A stretch of 64,000 bases of DNA from Neophaeotheca triangularis (Eukaryota). The notes under the pieces were generated by a model. The model ran no database searches. It saw only the letters and a program-made list of their open reading frames with translations, and was not told the origin of the DNA. Below are positions 23,113-33,850 of this stretch, in pieces (position 1 is the first letter of the stretch; each line of letters begins with the position of its first letter). The DNA lies in the NCBI GenBank assembly GCA_054600435.1, contig BAAIJX010000007.1:496001-560000 (forward strand), given 5' to 3'. Made by a program: the position numbers and the translations under genes.

Positions 23113-24129
23113 ATGGCCTCTCTCCTGGCATACTTCAACAAACTCCTCCCCTTCGCCACTCCCGGAACACCATTAATTCAAGACCTGACGCATCTGGCAG
23201 CCATCTGCACTCTCCTCTACTTCGCGCCGCAAATCCAAGAACGGCTCCAAAGGCCATCAGGCGTATTTCAAACCAACCAACACCAGGAAGAGACAGCCGG
23301 CGCCGGACGTGACAATAACGAGCCAAACCCCAACCAACCAGCGCAAAACAACGCCCAAGACTTCCCCGACGGCGCCGAAGCCGGTTTCAACCACCGCGAG
23401 CCCGCACCAGCCGCAAACCACCAACACGAAGACCAAAACCTCCCCCGAGAAGAAGATGACGACGACGACAGCGACGACGACGACGACCCCCAACCGGGCC
23501 CGGCAAACCGCAACCCCGCCAACGCCGAAATCCCACCCCAACGCAACGTCGGCGCCAAAAAGCTCAAGTCCATCCAACGCCGCGACCAACGCCGCGCGTA
23601 CCATGAATTCCAGCGGTCGCAGGGCGAAGCGCAGCGGGCGCGTGATGCAGAGGGTGCTGAGGAGCGGGACGCGGCGCTCGCGGCTGAGAAGGCTAGGCGG
23701 AAAGCCAAGGAGGCTGAGGTGAGGGCGAGAGAGGCTAGGGAGAGGGAGGTGAAGAAGGAGGGGGAGCGGAGGGAGTGGGAGGAGGGGGTTAAGCGGCGCG
23801 AGGAGGTTGTGAGGATTGTGAGGGGGGAGCTGGCTGGGAGGGGAAGGGTGGAGTTGTGGGAGGTTGCGAGGAGGGTTGGGGGTGACGTTGACGATGAGTG
23901 GGTTGAGAAGGTGTTGAGGGTTGCTGGGGTTGTTGGCGGGAAGGGAGTCGTGGATGGTGGGGTCGTTATGGTTACCGGGAGGGGGTGGGTTGTTAGGGTT
24001 ACTGGGGAGGATATGAGGGTCGTGTATGAGAAGGCCGCGAGGGAGAAGGTGGGAGATCAGGATGGAAGGGTGTCGTTGCAGCAGATTGGGACGATGTTGA
24101 CGCGGCGAATGGACGAAGTGGCTGAATGA
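23113..24129 (+). CDS. DDRGK1/UFBP1-like protein (N-terminal hydrophobic anchor, GAKK motif, long charged helix, winged-helix-like C-terminus)
   Basis: ATG 23113 (ATCATGG), 338 aa, no intron. Hydrophobic LAAICTLLYFAP, acidic tract, NVGAKKLKSIQRRDQRRA, E/R/K-rich helix, then VMVTGRGWVVRVTGEDM...GRVSLQQIG. The CDS is clear; the family call is by eye. Confidence 0.7.
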   Translation: MASLLAYFNKLLPFATPGTPLIQDLTHLAAICTLLYFAPQIQERLQRPSGVFQTNQHQEETAGAGRDNNEPNPNQPAQNNAQDFPDGAEAGFNHREPAPAANHQHEDQNLPREEDDDDDSDDDDDPQPGPANRNPANAEIPPQRNVGAKKLKSIQRRDQRRAYHEFQRSQGEAQRARDAEGAEERDAALAAEKARRKAKEAEVRAREAREREVKKEGERREWEEGVKRREEVVRIVRGELAGRGRVELWEVARRVGGDVDDEWVEKVLRVAGVVGGKGVVDGGVVMVTGRGWVVRVTGEDMRVVYEKAAREKVGDQDGRVSLQQIGTMLTRRMDEVAE

Positions 24130-24289
24130 GCTTGTTCGCAGGAGCCTCATGAAGCATATTAAACCCTCCCAAGTACCCTATCTCTTCGGAGATCACGGTG
24201 TACGAGAGCTACCAAAAAACGTGCTGTCTACCCATCGATACCGCATCAACCACCACAGCACCTCATACCTTCCCCAAACCACATCCCTC

Positions 24290-25534
24290 TCACCCCTGCC
24301 TAGCAAACCCCAACCTCGGCGAACTCTGCGTCTGATCGAAAACAACAAACACAGACTTGAGGAAGACATCTCCAAAGATACTAAAAGGCAAGCCCGTATC
24401 CCTCTGAATCCCACCAAAACAAGTCGTCCCCGCATTATCAATGGGCGCGTAATTGATCAACCTGCCGGGGACGGCAAAAGCGGTCCCGCCAATCGTCGCA
24501 GAGAAAGAGGGCAGCGAGCTACGGCAGGGGAAGGTGTAACCGCCTTGGTTCTGGTCGTAGCCGGCGCCGCGCACGTTGGAGTAGTAGTCTGCGACAATGT
24601 CCGGGGGCAGGTAGAGCAGCGTGGTGCCGGTGTCGGCGATGGCGTCGCCGATGGTGCCGCGCGTGCCGCCGCTGCCGATTGCGTAGTTGCCGGCGTTGAA
24701 TTCCCAGAATCCGTTGCGGGTTAGCACGGGTGTGTAGGTGATGGGGCCGGTGTAGCGGGTGTTGTCGATGAAGCCGAAGCCGTAGGCGCCGGCGGCGCCG
24801 GCTTTGAGGTCGGCGGTGAAGAGGGCTTGTTTGAGAGTGGGCTTGACGGTGTCGAAGAAGGTTTTGGCCTGGTTGGGGCGGACGGTGTTGATTGCGCTGA
24901 AGGCGAGGCCGAGCAGGCCGTCGTTGGAGTTGCTTGCGAAGGACGAGGATACCGAGGTGGCGGCTTCGACGACTTGTCTGGTCGCTGTTACTGGGCCTAC
25001 GACTACTTGATCGGCGTAGACTACGCCGCTGGCGCCGCTGCCGTCGCCGTAGGAAATTTCCCACGTTTGGCCTTGGAGACGCTTCGACTCGCTGGTGGTG
25101 TAGATGTCGTGTCCGTTGGCCAGTGTGGACGGAGTGAGATCGGAGAATGCCCAGCTATCTGACGTTAGCATCGTATACTAGTAGAAAGGGCAACGCCATA
25201 CTCACAGATCAGCACTTCCGGTATCAAAGTCCAGCATCACCGTCTGCCCGCCGATGCTGACGGGCGAAAGGTACTGAGAATCGAATGCTTGGGGGTTCGC
25301 AGTGACTGATCCACTTTGCGCAGCCGCGGCAGCGACCTTGACGTCTTGCGGCGCTTCCGCGTTCCAGTGGGCGTACTTCTCGTACGTGTTCATCATCGCC
25401 AAGGGTCCATTCTTCAGCACCTTGCCCTTGGCCTCTTGGACCAGTTCAAAGGTTGTTGGCTTGCCGTCGGTTGGAGCCGCTACGGCCAGCGTAGCTGAGG
25501 CCGCAAGAGCCAAAGAGGTGTATGAATAGCGCAT
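24290..25534 (-). CDS. Secreted aspartic endopeptidase (A1 family, aspergillopepsin/penicillopepsin-like)
   Basis: Signal peptide MRYSYTSLALAASATLAVAA. Catalytic LDFDTGSADLW (split by intron 25205-25155) and IADTGTTLL. Flap WEISYGDGS, DGLLGL, SIFGDVFLKS. Confidence 0.95.
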
Positions 25535-26797
25535 GGTGAAGGATGTCAAGATAGTTCGCTGCGGGAGGGCTGGAGGAGGGAGATGGAAGCGGCTGCTGTT
25601 GTCTTAATCTTGAGGGGAGGTTACCTATCCTTATATGCCTCAACGAGAGACCATGTGCCCTACTGCTTCGGGGGCTATCGTGCGTCCGCGTACTCGGGAC
25701 GAGCAGGAGGCCGGCTGCCCAGCGACAAGACACCGTACCTTGCCGCTCATCTGAACGCTAGGCTTGTCGAGATACTACACCAATGCCACACTTGCATTGT
25801 TCGACATGCCAATAGTCGAAGTCACCGGTCCGTCTTGTCGATGATTACTTCAAAAGGCAGTTCGTCGCATAATGCGCAACGTTTTAGCAGTAGGCCCACT
25901 GTCTGGATACGGAGTCTCGACCGAAAAGCAAAGCCAATTTCCAAGCGTCGTCCAGTGAAGTGGAGGGAGAGGTTATTGACCTTGTCCGTGGATAGAGAGT
26001 CTCGTTGACGGATTCGCCATGGACAACGTTCAGCGTTTCTCCTTGAAACATGATGAGCGCGATATTCGGTAGTATGTGGTAACGACAAAGCCTTACAACA
26101 CAAATAAGCTCTCAGGCGATGTACGGTGGGCTGCAGCTGGAAGATCATGGGCCTTCCGTATGGGCGAAGCCTTCAAGAAGGGTGAAAGCTACCAATCGGG
26201 AGCTTAATGAAGATTGAAGCTTAATCTCCGCCAAAACTCTTAGGAGTGCTTGATTCGTTCGCGCGCACTGTGCTATTCGGTAGGCCTCTCGAGCTAACAG
26301 GATCTTCGAGGCGCAATAGATGATGGTAACTCTCAGTTTGCGCAAAAGAATTGCTTCTGTTGGATGCGCGCTTGAACCAACTGAACCGCATTTCGTTGAA
26401 AGAGTCATGGACGTTTGGATCAAGCTGTCGAGCGGTATGCGGCGTGTGTCGGGAAGCAAGAACTTAGAGAGTCAAGAACAGGGCAGCTACCTACCTAAGG
26501 TAGACGTCCTTTGGTCTGTGGAGAGTACCTACCTACTTACCTTAGGTATGATACATAAGCATTGCGGAGACAGCGGGGAGTACCTGGGTAGGTCAGAATT
26601 CGGCGTTTCGCGGCCAACCTAAATGAATGAGTCCTGCTCCACACCCGGAAGGCCGCAGCTCTGCGAGAACAACATAGAAACTCTCTCTATACTGCCTTGG
26701 TGGACAGCCAAGTGTTGATGTCTGCCGCGAGACAAGAGGACAGTCTGGCGGGGCAGGCGCTTGTACGAAGATCTACCAGGTTGCATCCGATGGGACC

Positions 26798-26816
26798 TTT
26801 TTTTTTTTTTTTTTTT
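26798..26816. repeat. Poly(T)19 tract
   Basis: Read directly from the sequence. Confidence 0.9.
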
Positions 26817-27208
26817 GCAACTAGCAGGTACCGTTTACCCGTTCAAGTCGAAGTATGTGTCAAATATTCTTGGTCAGATTATCCTTCTGAAATGTAAAAG
26901 TATTCCCATTCGTATTGGGTGGAGGGTGTTGTTGACTTAAGGTTTATCACGGGAGCTGCCTCTTACGGCTAGCCTCTTACTTCCCACATACCTGTGTAGG
27001 TACCCAACAGCATCCCGTCGGTCCGAGATGGAACGCTATATCGAGCTTAATCATGTTTTCGAGCGCAGCAGCACCACTACTGAAAGGAGTGTGAATGTGT
27101 GGGGGTTTGAGTCTGATTGCTATTGATTGCAGAGCCCCTATTGCCATGGTATAAAAAAACGCTCGCGCAAATTTCACGCCTTGTGCTCGTTCAACAAATG
27201 CCCCGTCT

Positions 27209-28996
27209 TCACAACCTGCTATACCGGTAGCGATCCCATGCCCCGAGCTCCCAAATACTACTTTGACCCTTCTCACCACCTCTGCGCCCACGAAATCGCA
27301 GAAACCACCACAGGCCCATGACAAGGCAGAAGACAAGAAAAAGAACAGCCGCCGTTATCCAGAAGAAACCTCCGCCCTCTGCGTCGACAGCCGTCTCCGA
27401 GACCCCGATTTCCTCTCTGTCGCTGTCTAATGCAACAACCCTATACGAATCGGAAGCTCTGCGACTAGGAATGGTAAAGACCGACTCAAACCCGCGCTTC
27501 TCAATGGTTTCGACATCGCCATAGGTCTCTTCTCCGGAGGTAGCATTGAAGCCCATTCGTTGCAGTTTCCATGATCGCACTTCGGTTGCTCCATTCCAGC
27601 TGACATACAGCTTGCCATTCTTTTTCCTTGCAGTAGGTGGGTAATCGGGCTTCCCTTTCCAATCGTAGACCTTGAAAGCTCGGTAGTTCTTCACCCGCTG
27701 CGTCCAGAAGAACCAGCTGGCGGCGAAGTGATATTCGCACAGCAATTCACCGCTTGACTTGAACTCGGACCAAGCCGCGGCAGGACCCCACCCGACGAAG
27801 ACGTTGTCGTTGGGCAGCACTTGGACTGAGCCTTGGGACGGAGACAAGAGCTTGTCCATGGACGTGTATGAATGTACGAGTTCGACGGTTCGGTTGTCTT
27901 GGTCGACTTTGATGATCATAGCCCTGCTGGACGACGCCGTTCCCTGGAAATTGCCACCTTGGCCGTTGTCCATGATAGATATCTCATCCTCGGATATCCA
28001 CCGAGCATGATGCTGCCATTGAAAGTCGGTAGCGGCACCGTCTGAGAGATCAGCGAAGTCGCTTGAAGATTTGCGGCCACCGATGGTCCATAACACATCG
28101 CCGCTTTGACCGGCGACGTACATCAGCTTGTGTAGATGGCGCGAAGAGACGAGATAGTTGCCTTTGGAATCTTTTTGTATACTGTTGAGATGGAAGTAGT
28201 CGTAAGGCCAGTTGGGTATGTAACCACTCATCGGCCTCCAGGCGTAAGATTCGGCTGGGCTGTAGTAGTCCAACGATCGCCACTGAAACACCAACTCGCC
28301 AGTCTCAATGTCAATCTCCTGAAAAACGCCATTCTCAACCCAGTCGTTCTCAGTGTGAAACCAACCGACATCCCTCATATCAGCGGTCGTGTCGTTAATG
28401 GCCGAGATGATAGCATGACCATCATCAGTGATAAAGAACTCGTGCAGGTCGGTGCGCAATCCCTCGCCGTGGGCTTTGAACTGCTTCCAGATCTTGTAGC
28501 TAGAGTCGAGCATGTACGCCTGTCCTACACCTTCGCCTCCGTGCTTGTTGCCCGCCCAGAACGTTAGATAGGGCTTGCCCTTATACCGCTGCACATTGAC
28601 GTTGGTAGCAGTATTGTCGCTGCTGTCGGCCGCCCAGACGAGCTCTCCACGGGAATCCAATATCAGAGGGCCGCTGCCTTTGGGTACCTGTACACCAAAC
28701 GGTGCAATCATAACGAGTCCATGTCCGCACGATTCGTCCCATCTCTCGACATTTCCAAGCGGTACCTGTACGTCTAGGGTGACAAACTTGGTGGTGCGAT
28801 AGATTCCAAACACTGCTAGGTTGTAGAAGAATGATTCCGTAGAAGGGTATGACCATGCGACCAGTCGGAAGAAACCCTGGTGTATTGCCAGCAAAGCTAG
28901 GCCAATGCTAAGAACCGCGAGAGTTGCTACGGTGGCTGCCCGCAACAGGCGTGCTCGTTTTGTTTTGCCCTGGTGAAGGCCGGGCTTGTGGAACAT
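27209..28996 (-). CDS. Arylsulfotransferase (ASST)-domain protein with N- and C-terminal hydrophobic anchors
   Basis: GPLILDSRGELVW, DLHEFFIT, FQEIDIETGELVFQW, DYFHLNSI, FQWQHHARW, SQGSVQVLPNDNVFVGWG, YVSWNGATEV: the characteristic pattern of the fungal ASST-like family. Confidence 0.88.
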   Translation of the reverse strand: MFHKPGLHQGKTKRARLLRAATVATLAVLSIGLALLAIHQGFFRLVAWSYPSTESFFYNLAVFGIYRTTKFVTLDVQVPLGNVERWDESCGHGLVMIAPFGVQVPKGSGPLILDSRGELVWAADSSDNTATNVNVQRYKGKPYLTFWAGNKHGGEGVGQAYMLDSSYKIWKQFKAHGEGLRTDLHEFFITDDGHAIISAINDTTADMRDVGWFHTENDWVENGVFQEIDIETGELVFQWRSLDYYSPAESYAWRPMSGYIPNWPYDYFHLNSIQKDSKGNYLVSSRHLHKLMYVAGQSGDVLWTIGGRKSSSDFADLSDGAATDFQWQHHARWISEDEISIMDNGQGGNFQGTASSSRAMIIKVDQDNRTVELVHSYTSMDKLLSPSQGSVQVLPNDNVFVGWGPAAAWSEFKSSGELLCEYHFAASWFFWTQRVKNYRAFKVYDWKGKPDYPPTARKKNGKLYVSWNGATEVRSWKLQRMGFNATSGEETYGDVETIEKRGFESVFTIPSRRASDSYRVVALDSDREEIGVSETAVDAEGGGFFWITAAVLFLVFCLVMGLWWFLRFRGRRGGEKGQSSIWELGAWDRYRYSRL

Positions 28997-29732
28997 GGTC
29001 CTCGACTCCAGTGCCCAAATCGCAGGCTATCGAATTGCCAAATAAACGTACATGCTTTGCGATTAGTGTAATAGTATGCCAGCAGAGTACTGATGTTGAT
29101 ATGGATCTTTGATACTGTCATGTGCAGCTGTGGCGGAATCTCGCACGCATGAGGTAGAGGTTTTGACGCGCACCGCCATCGCCGACGCGCGCCAGAAGGG
29201 GGCGGCAATAATGTTTCCATAGGATACGGCTGGCTTGAACCTTGTTGGAGGAAAGGCTGGAAGGCTCAGGTCCGAGGGTGATGATGATGATGTCGACTTG
29301 CCGTGGGAAGAGTAACCTTGAATGCTAGGGGTGGCGACTGACGCCGACCGTCCTGCTTGTCTAAACCTTAATATTGCTTGAACGCCATGTGAACGGTCGA
29401 GCATTTACACCTACATAGTACTTACCGGTGCATCACTGTGGCTGTGTTTGAACCTTATCTTTGTACTGGCTCCCTCGCAATGTTAAGATCAATTAGTAGT
29501 ATTCAGCAACGATGGTAGCTGTAGTGAAAAGAATTGCAGATCAATCGAAAGCTGACTAGTATTTTGACCAAGGAATTCGTATCACCTCGCACTCGTTACA
29601 ATAGTGTGCTCAAGGACACAGGACTAACAAAGAACAAACAAACTGCATCTTCGGCTCGCTTGCGCACATCTGCTCACAAAGATCGCTCCTGTCGAGAACA
29701 TGGGTATACTAGCAAAGGCACGACTTGAAGCC

Positions 29733-32066
29733 TCAATGCCGGTATTGGCGACGATGACCAACGCCCTGTTCATTCAATACCATGGAGAGCTTCCCATCGC
29801 CCTGTGCCTTTATTGTTACCAGAGTCTCTGGGCGCTTTCCCTTCTCTAATTGCGTCGTCAACTGCACATCAACGGGGTGTGGAGAAGCCAGCGCGAGAGC
29901 CATCAGCTCATGCATGCCTCCCCAGGCGGAGCTTGCCCAGGCCGCTCCACATGCGCGGAAATATAGCATGTATAGTGCGTACAAGACGACGAGCGCGATG
30001 TGTAGAGAGAGTATGGCAATGGCGAAGATGACTGTCGTCTCACGGCGGCCATAACCCCTCCCATATCGCTGCACCTTCCAGACTATTGAGTAGAGACCGT
30101 CGAGATCGGTTATCGGGAGCCAAAAGGCATCAGTTCGAAGGTCGCCCGCTTGAGTCAAGAGGTCCTGCCAAAGACTTGAGCCGTTGTTGTGGGAAGCGAG
30201 TACGAGCCCAATATTTAGCTGTAAAGACACGCGAGACAATCCTTCGGCTACAGTGAGGGACAAGATCGTGGCCATTGTGCGGGCGATGTCGTCGTGGTCG
30301 AGCTTTAGGCTTTCTGCAGTAGTCCCGTTATTCCTCGGGGGAACGAATGAGGCAAACTGTTGGTCATCTGCGTCTGATGTGCGATTGGAAAGGAAGGTGC
30401 TCATGTAGTACTCGATGGCTGACATGTTGGTAGCCCCGCTACCATTGTGCGCGGCACGCCAATAGTCTTTATTGAGAAGGTCTGCCCAGGCTGGGGAGAT
30501 CGCTATGTTTCGGGCAGGTAGTCCACCCGGGACCGGCTTCTCTGGAGAGGTGCTCCAGAATGCTTCCAAAACAGAGAGGTCGGATATATTGCTCGGCAAA
30601 CGACTGTCGACTGGGTCGTATTCTGTCGAGACACCAGCCCAACGTGCATCGATCAAGCAAGGCAGTAAGAGGCTATCTTGGCGATCCTCAGTGGACCCGT
30701 TGGAGTACCTTGTCGTGATGGCCCTGGGTACTGTGACCACTGCACCTAGTGAAGGGAACGGGCCTTCTCCTTGAAAGCCCGACGCGGCGTCAAACCATTC
30801 GAACGTTGAAAAAGTGAGGTCCTCCCTTGTATAGTTCCAAAATCTACCTGGTATCTCCCAACGTGGTAGGTCTCGGTAACGGTCGTCATGGAAGCCATCT
30901 GAGCTTAAGTTGCGCATTCCTGAGCTGTGGAAGTATGGTGTTATCCCTTCTTGGACCTCTTGCCATAAGTAATGAGCGCATTGGACCTGCACAACAGGAG
31001 CCTTCAAATTATCAAGGGTAGGCTCAAGCCTTGGCCTCCTCACTTTGTTAACCTGCCCCACTTCATTCTTCGAGATGTAGTTCCAGAAAGTCCCTGCAAT
31101 TCCTCCCAAGGAGCTATGTAGGGTAGTGGCGACGGCAACGTGATCGGAGTCTGGCTTGGAAAACTGCAGTGTGGCACTTAGGGCTCGCTGAGTTTCTGCG
31201 ACGGGTATTTTCACAGCCGTTACCGGATTCACCCCGCCCAGAAAAATAGCTTCTGTCAAGGACTTGATGTCTTTGCTGCCACCACCAGGACAGAAATGAA
31301 GGCCGCTGGTGTTGCAACGAAGCAATGAGTCGTCAATGTCCAATCTTTCAGGGTAAACATCACTCTGAGATCCGGCGATGAACGTGGTTAGTGCCCTCCC
31401 ATTGTACGGATCTCGAAGAAGCCACCAATCCAGAGAAGGTACTATGATGATTGCGGACGCAGGGCCAACGAGATTGGCATATACGACTCCCGCTGCGAGA
31501 ACAAGAGCCAGAATCCACGTCCTTGCACACTTTCGAGTCAGTGGCCTCCTAAGAGCGCTCGAAAAGAGATAAGGAACAGATCCAATCTGGTATACACCAG
31601 CAAGCAGACCCCAGGCAATTCCGCGTCCCAACAGCATGCGCCTGGCCGCATGAAGGGCGATGGCAGATATTGACGCCATGATGAGGATTTCGTGAATCTT
31701 GGCAGCAAACTGCAGCGCATTTTGTACCTCCGCTGCTCCTAGGCGGGACATGGGTTCGTCTTGAGAAATTTCATCAGACCAGTACACTTCGCGGAAGCAA
31801 AGCTGGATGACCCCGACACTCGCACCCATGGACAAAAGGTGGATCAACCAAGAAGAGGAAAAGAAACCTCGGCAGAAGCTTCTCTCGATTAGGTCGCGGG
31901 GAGCTTGGGCTCTGGTCTCGCTGTCAGATTCCACGAGAAAAGCAGAAGCCTCGAGGGTGTTTTTGGTGGAATGAACCGGATGGATGCGATGCTCGTTCGA
32001 AAGGCTTTGGTGCTGGGGCGAATGGATCTCCCATCCACCCTCGTTCGAATTCGGGTTCACCGACAT
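29733..32066 (-). CDS. Hypothetical integral membrane glycoprotein, 777 aa
   Basis: Intronless ORF. N-terminal TM cluster (ALQFAAKIHEILIMASI, YANLVGPASAIIIVPSLDWW), a large Cys- and NxS/T-containing loop, and a C-terminal TM segment. Function unknown. Confidence 0.8.
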   Translation of the reverse strand: MSVNPNSNEGGWEIHSPQHQSLSNEHRIHPVHSTKNTLEASAFLVESDSETRAQAPRDLIERSFCRGFFSSSWLIHLLSMGASVGVIQLCFREVYWSDEISQDEPMSRLGAAEVQNALQFAAKIHEILIMASISAIALHAARRMLLGRGIAWGLLAGVYQIGSVPYLFSSALRRPLTRKCARTWILALVLAAGVVYANLVGPASAIIIVPSLDWWLLRDPYNGRALTTFIAGSQSDVYPERLDIDDSLLRCNTSGLHFCPGGGSKDIKSLTEAIFLGGVNPVTAVKIPVAETQRALSATLQFSKPDSDHVAVATTLHSSLGGIAGTFWNYISKNEVGQVNKVRRPRLEPTLDNLKAPVVQVQCAHYLWQEVQEGITPYFHSSGMRNLSSDGFHDDRYRDLPRWEIPGRFWNYTREDLTFSTFEWFDAASGFQGEGPFPSLGAVVTVPRAITTRYSNGSTEDRQDSLLLPCLIDARWAGVSTEYDPVDSRLPSNISDLSVLEAFWSTSPEKPVPGGLPARNIAISPAWADLLNKDYWRAAHNGSGATNMSAIEYYMSTFLSNRTSDADDQQFASFVPPRNNGTTAESLKLDHDDIARTMATILSLTVAEGLSRVSLQLNIGLVLASHNNGSSLWQDLLTQAGDLRTDAFWLPITDLDGLYSIVWKVQRYGRGYGRRETTVIFAIAILSLHIALVVLYALYMLYFRACGAAWASSAWGGMHELMALALASPHPVDVQLTTQLEKGKRPETLVTIKAQGDGKLSMVLNEQGVGHRRQYRH

Positions 32067-33128
32067 GGCTCTCGCTTTATGAATGGAGAGGCTTGGAAGA
32101 CGGAGGCTTGCCTCGGTATCTAATTTGATCGCTGGCTATTAAATGCGCAGAGAAGTATTGGCCTCGGACCTGTGGTGGGAGAATGAAGAGTAATTTGGCA
32201 CAATAATGCCCTCCAGCTCCCCCGCGACTGACTACTCAGATATATTGTCGTTCGTGTTCCAGGCTCAAGGCTTGTGCGACTCTCAGTGTCGCTCCACGAG
32301 GCTCATAGGTGTGTAGGCTGTGCTGTGCTCGGTTCGACGGCGTGCACGAGGCTACCGAAAGTTGTCCTGGCATTCGCTGAAATATATCTCGCTAGGAAAG
32401 GCTGCGTCAACGCTACAGGCTGACATGCATCAGGCTGGAATCATAATCAAGCTGCTATAGATCAGACTGAAGGAGCCCGCGAGGCATCTCGCTGATTCAT
32501 TATCTCTTCCGTCTTCAATCAATAGAAAGTCTTCCCTATTACTTGCCTTTTCAACACCATATGCCAGTGTTGTCTATGTGACCATGTGAGAACATTGGTC
32601 CGTTGTTCTTCTTTTGGCCGAAGCTGCCGCGTTGTCCTCTGTACAGCCTTGCAGCTACTATTAGCAGCAGTCAAATGTACATGCAGTGTGCAGCCTAGCC
32701 GTAGCCTGATCTCATGACAGCATCTCTTCTAGGAAGTCCGGGTGCGTCAGGGAAACCGAGTTGAGGAAATCAGCTCTCTAGGGGCTATTTCTGGCAAAGA
32801 GAGCAGCATGTTTGCTCCTGGCTGCGTCGAGGACAATGTACAAGGTTACCTTGGTACCTGGTTAAACGAGCAGGTGGAGGTAGCACGTCGTGCAACCCTG
32901 GGCTGTCCCCTCAAGCCAACTGCCGACGTTGAGCCGTGGACAAAAGTATTGTTCGTCCGCTTCTTGGAGGCCGTTCCATTGACATGCTCAAATCGATGTA
33001 GGGAAGATAACCTTGACTAGGTTTTTGGAAGTGTCACGGCACATACCAGGATGCAAGTACGAAGACTGATTCGCTGTTCAAACCAGCACCCCGATTCCAA
33101 CCAACCTTCAGCTCACTCGCATGTCCCC

Positions 33129-33850
33129 TTACCAGGTCCAGAAGAACATCTTGCTGACCCCAATCTCCATCTTTGGCCCCGACCAGCTGTATACCCACTC
33201 ATGTCTTCTCCTAAGTCTCGTGGCGACGTCCACAACTTCTCCCAGCCGAATGCCTGCCTTATCCTCCTAGGTCTCGCCGATGCCTGCTGGACCCGGCACA
33301 TTGATCGTAATGTGATACGTGGGCGGTTGTACGAGTAGCATATGTCTCCAAAGCGGTACGACAGGCTGTCTTCCTCCATGAAGCGTCAAGTCTGGGCAGG
33401 ACCCACCATCATCCATTCTAACGTGACCTAAGATTTCGCGCGCACCATCCAATTCGACGAATGCATTGGTGTAGCAGCCCGGCGGTAGCAGCGTGTTGAG
33501 TCTAATGGCGGAGTTGAAGCTCGGCTCAAGGAAAAGTCTTTGGCGTACTGGCTTCGAGGTACGGATCATTTCGCCAATGTGCTTGTTCACTCGGCGCAGG
33601 CGTATCAGGTCGGCAGCCTCGACTCGGAGTACGATCAATTCGAACAACTCTGGGATTCCAAAGACTTGGGCGACGGCTGCGGAGGCTGCTCTATGTCAGT
33701 TTGCTTTTCTAGTGGCGTGTTGCAGACTCACGACGGACCCTTGTCAGAGCTCTACACGGCAGGCCGCGCCACCAGCGGCTCTTGGTAGAGGTTGGGAGTC
33801 GAGCGACCGGACAAGGACCAACTCGACAGTGACATTCCAATGCCAGTCAT
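33129..33850 (-). pseudogene. F-box-like gene interrupted by two in-frame TAG codons
   Basis: ATG 33850, TAG 33754-33752, probable intron 33731-33691, F-box-like AVAQVFGIPELFELIVLRVEAADLIRLRRVNK...RQRLFL, WRHMLLVQPP, second TAG 33269-33267. The frame then continues EDKAGIRLGEVVDVATRLR to a TAA near 33130. Confidence 0.6.

Noticed and set aside
27209..27220. C-terminal SRL of the ASST-like protein as a PTS1
   Set aside because: The protein has membrane anchors and secretory-type topology. YSRL fits a tyrosine sorting motif better.
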